From: Elsinoe ampelina
Taxonomy: Eukaryota
Length of the DNA stretch: 39,319 nucleotides
Reading direction: 5' to 3'
Assembly (NCBI GenBank): GCA_010093995.1
Contig: ML992542.1
Coordinates: 1 to 39,319 of the forward strand
Under the pieces are notes generated by a model. It worked only from the letters and a program-made list of their open reading frames with translations. It was not told where the DNA came from and ran no database searches. Every line of letters begins with the position of its first letter. Position 1 is the stretch's first letter. Of this stretch, positions 35,568 through 39,319 are shown piece after piece. Made by a program: the position numbers and the translations under genes.

Positions 35568-38327
35568 ATGCAAGCGATCTTTCTCCCAAACTGCCACAAC
35601 GCAAATTCGAGTCGACTCCGCAATCGGATTCGAAGACCATTCGACGGTGTGCGCTTGCCCAAGGAGACGTCACGCATCGTTGGGCATCCTGTCTTTCTTG
35701 AACAGCATCTGCGAAGATACAACGGCGAAGACGTACACAGTGTGGCTGATTACCCAACCAAAGTGCCCAGGCTTCCGGCGGATCTATGTCCATCTTACGA
35801 AGACCAAGGCCCCTCAGACAATTCCATCGTCCCACCTGATGATAGGATGGGAGATCCCTCGCGATTACCTGACCAAATCATTAGAAAACAGCGCGAGCAG
35901 GCGAAGACGTGCTGTGGGCAAGTCTTTGGGACCTTGGCTCAAGTGGAGGCTCACCGCGCAAGTCAACATCCATCGCCACGAACGTCGACAGCTGCCCAAA
36001 AAGAGACACCCACCGTGACTTCTCAAAACGCAGTCAGCGGCATAGTACCGTCGGTAACTCCGAAGTAAGTCTTTGCCCTGATATGGTCATCAGGCCACTT
36101 CTGCCTATTTTTCCCATCGTGGCGTGGCTGACGTAGGCATCAGCTCTGCCTTGAGAGATGCTTCGATTAAGCCAGCAGTCTCTGATAATGCCTCCAATTC
36201 ACCAACGCGTTTGCTCTCTCGCTCTCAAACACCACAGACGACGAGCGCGGAAAATGCGCAGATGCAAATCTCGAGGCTCTCACTGGAAGAAGTTCCCGCC
36301 AATCTCACCGGCAAGCCTAGCGAGCTCGCCTCACATATCAAACGCACGAACACGAGTTCGCCATCCAAGAAGAGGCCTGCGAGCTCAGAGGTCTATGGTC
36401 ATCGATCAAGTGCGCCAAGATCCATACATCGACAGATCCCTCGTCGAACTCCCGTAGCCACTTCTTTTCGAGAACCGGATATCGCCACTGATGAGTTCCA
36501 CCGCGGTGAGCCACGGAGTAGGAACCTCTTTGACCCCAATAAGGCCGACTCTGTCACCAAAAGTTCATCTTCGCAGCAACAAGTCGCCTTCCGATCCACT
36601 GAGATTCCTTTGCGGGAAGTCAAATTTGATAGTGCTGATGGGCTACCCTCGTCGCTGAAGCGAGAAGCATCATCGAACAGTATTTCTAAAGATCAACTAT
36701 TTGCTGAGGTCAAGGGCTTATATCGAAGCTTGGAAATTGTCGAGCAGAGATGCATTCGCCTCGACCAAACTCATATGGCGGATAAGATGAAGCAGATGCA
36801 GCCGGAGGAGTGGCAAGCGTTAACTGCCCTGCATCGTACTCTGTTGTATGAGCACCATGACTTTTTGCTTGCTTCTCAACATCCATCTGCGCCACCAGAG
36901 CTCAGAGCACTTGCGTCTGAGCGTCAAATACCTTTCCGGATGTGGAAGTATGCCATTCATGCGTATCTGGAACTCTTACGACAGAAACTTCCAGAGTCAC
37001 TGGAGTTCATGGAGGCTTTCATATATCTCTCGTACCAGATGATGGCGCTTCTCTACGAAACAGTGACACTTTTTGAGGATGTTTGGACTGAATGTCTCGG
37101 TGACCTTGCTCGGTACAGGATGGCAATCGAAAATCATAGCATCAGCGTTCGGGAAGTATGGACCGACGTCGCTCGATACTGGTACACCAAGGCATCTGAT
37201 CGCCAGCCGATAGTCGGCCGATTATATCACCACCTGGGTATATTAGCACGACCTCACCTGCCTCAACAGCTGTATTATTATGCAAAGTCACTGTGTTGCG
37301 TCCAACCATTTGCGAATGCAAAGCACTCAATCAAGGCAGTGTTTGAGTCAGCTTCCCAAGTTTTGACCACGACATCGAGCGAGAAAAAGACCGACGCTCT
37401 TCAGAGACTTGACGCCACATTTGTGCAGATGCATGCGCAGCTATACGAGAAGCAGTCCGACACCCTGATCAGCGTGACGATTTCGCATGTACAGGTCCTG
37501 CTGCGTGAGAATCTTTCTCGTCCGGACAAGAAGTGGAAGCAGTATGGAGTATTTCTGATGATATCGAACGTGGCCGCATGCTTCAGCTATGGAGCTTTCG
37601 AGAATCCGCTCCGCCGTTCAATGGAGCAGAAGACATATGTATGTGACTATCGAGCTGTTTCTCTCGCCCTTACCACGCTGACCATGTCCTAGTCATCATC
37701 GAAGTCTTCTCCTTCTTCGGACGTCTGGATTCAGCTCTCCATCAGGGTTCTCTCGACAACTACGGACATCATGCTGGCCTCGAAAGATCATAAGAACATG
37801 TTACCACTGTTTCATGTCCTGCTGGTGGTGCTGGACAGCCTATGCAATGTCATTAGGAACTGCCATGAGGCAACAACACTTCTCGTCGCAATGCCATGGA
37901 TCGGCATCTCGGCGTACTTGAACGATCTGGCCAAAAGCAAAGACAACATGGCCGACCACGTCAAGAACGCCAGACCGGATCAGAAATTCATTCCACAAGT
38001 GAAGGAGGAAGCAAAACCACTGACGGAGGACTTCTCATTGAGGGGCTTAGTGTGGTGCAAGGACTATTTCCCAGAAGCTTGGTTCCGAGGGAACAGTAAC
38101 GACGAACTGCCGTTCCACGAGCCAGCCAGCTGCGAGATTGATCGTGCGCAGCGGTGCTTGTGGTTGGCAGTCAAGATATCAGCCGTAGGATTTCTCGTCA
38201 CATATGTAAAGGAACAAGCTAACCTGGACACCAGAAGTCAACGTACCTCAATTTTGACAAGGCGTCATGCACATTTGAGCCCTCGCTACAGGCCGATAAA
38301 GACATAGATCTCGTCGATGCGCCTTGA
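35568..38327 (+). CDS. Est1/SMG6-like TPR (Est1 DNA/RNA-binding) domain protein; proposed exons 35568-36064, 36144-37638, 37693-38184, 38235-38327
   Basis: LHRTLLYEHHDFLLASQHPSA, RMWKYAIHAYLELLR, FIYLSYQMMALLYE, WTECLGDLARYRMAIE, GRLYHHLGILARP, PLTEDFSLRGLVW. First exon and last exon are less certain. Confidence 0.8.
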
Positions 38328-39038
38328 AGGAAGCCCCTTTCGGAGGACTTGGGTAATTTGATGTTTGGTAGGTTGCACCTCGTGCATCATGTATCGCCTG
38401 GGAGAGAGCTCGACTATCCCTTCCGCTATGAGGTCAAGATGATCGAAGCTTCGTCGACTTTTGCAACGGAGAGTCGCAGCATCGAAGGCGTGGAGGGTAC
38501 GATATTGGTGAAGGGCGAGCTGAGTGTTCAGAGAGTGTGCATCCGAGCTGGAGCGAGCAGCGGTGGGGCGACGATTCAGGCAAATTGCCTTCTGTGGAGG
38601 GCGCCAGAAGTGCCAGCTGCCTTGTCCCGATATGACGACTTAGGAGATGCTGGTAAAGACCACTAGGTCTTCAAGGTCTCGCGGTCTCCCACAATTTCGC
38701 TAGTCAAGATTCGCGAGCGAGAAGACTCGATATGCCACGCGCAGCTTTGAGACACCAAAGATGAGCTTTGGGAGGACAGATCTTCGGGCCTCAAACAACA
38801 AGTTCAGGCATCTTCCTTGCCAGTAGCACACTGTTGGAGAATGAGGACCAAACATTCCATCGCCATCCCATGACATAGCTCCTCTGAAATCAAATACAAA
38901 AGTTTCACTCGCGATGACCACAAATGTATGAATTGAAGCAGCATTGACTCTGTGTTACAGTCGTTTTGAGTTCAACCGAGCCACCCCGGGCTTGGCGTGT
39001 TGTACTCCGCGTCGACCTCTCGTTATCAAATTTAGCTA
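38286..39038 (-). pseudogene. Possible RIP-disrupted reading frame of unknown product
   Basis: One frame of about 250 codons broken only by TAG 39038-39036, TAA 38957-38955, TAG 38702-38700 and TAA 38642-38640. No homolog recognised. Confidence 0.3.
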
Positions 39039-39319
39039 GCTAGAAGTCCATAGAGAATACTAATAAATTAAAGCTAAAAAAAGGTGTAATAGTCGCTATA
39101 CTACTCTAATTAGGTTGTTACTGTTATAGTTAATTATCGGATAGCTAAATTAAAACTAGTAGATATATAGTTCTTACTCGCTAAAGAGTATACTAATTGT
39201 ACTATTTATGCTACTACTAAGGTAGCTAGAGCTATAATCTACTAAATTCGACTATCCCTCGAGTTCTTTAGCACTTCTTATCCTTCTATTAAAGCTTATA
39301 TACTACACTCTTATACTTT
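39030..39319. repeat. Edge of an AT-rich, RIP-degenerated repeat or transposon relic
   Basis: Abrupt fall in GC, abundant TpA (tagctagctag, tatactactctaattagg), scarce CpA/TpG, stops in all frames. Element family not recognisable. Confidence 0.7.

Noticed and set aside
230..38327. Apparent cluster of RNA-metabolism genes (THG1, snoRNA, U2, PUS1, Est1/SMG6-like)
   Set aside because: They are interspersed with unrelated housekeeping genes over 38 kb and show no visible shared regulation.

Overview
Gene-dense eukaryotic DNA from a filamentous ascomycete (Pezizomycotina-type short GT-AG introns with CTRAY branch points). I reconstructed 15 protein-coding genes by hand, 11 of them spliced: THG1, an EBP/EXPERA membrane protein, a Ser/Pro-rich hypothetical, a RING-ZZ-SH3 protein, a PNP_UDP-NACHT-ankyrin-ZZ fungal NLR, a secreted lysophospholipase, HAT1, a ZIP transporter, an F-box/WD40 protein, PUS1, TFA1, mitoribosomal mL46, a mitochondrial phosphate carrier, RMD1 and an Est1/SMG6-like protein. 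Two RNA genes are invisible in the ORF track. The first is a U2 snRNA gene on the minus strand that is itself split by a 55-nt spliceosomal intron in the stem I loop (the main finding). The second is a candidate box H/ACA snoRNA inside the long first intron of the EBP-like gene. The window ends in an AT-rich, RIP-like sequence next to a reading frame broken only by TAA/TAG stops. Exon boundaries, family calls and RNA folds were worked out by eye; no database search or folding program was run.
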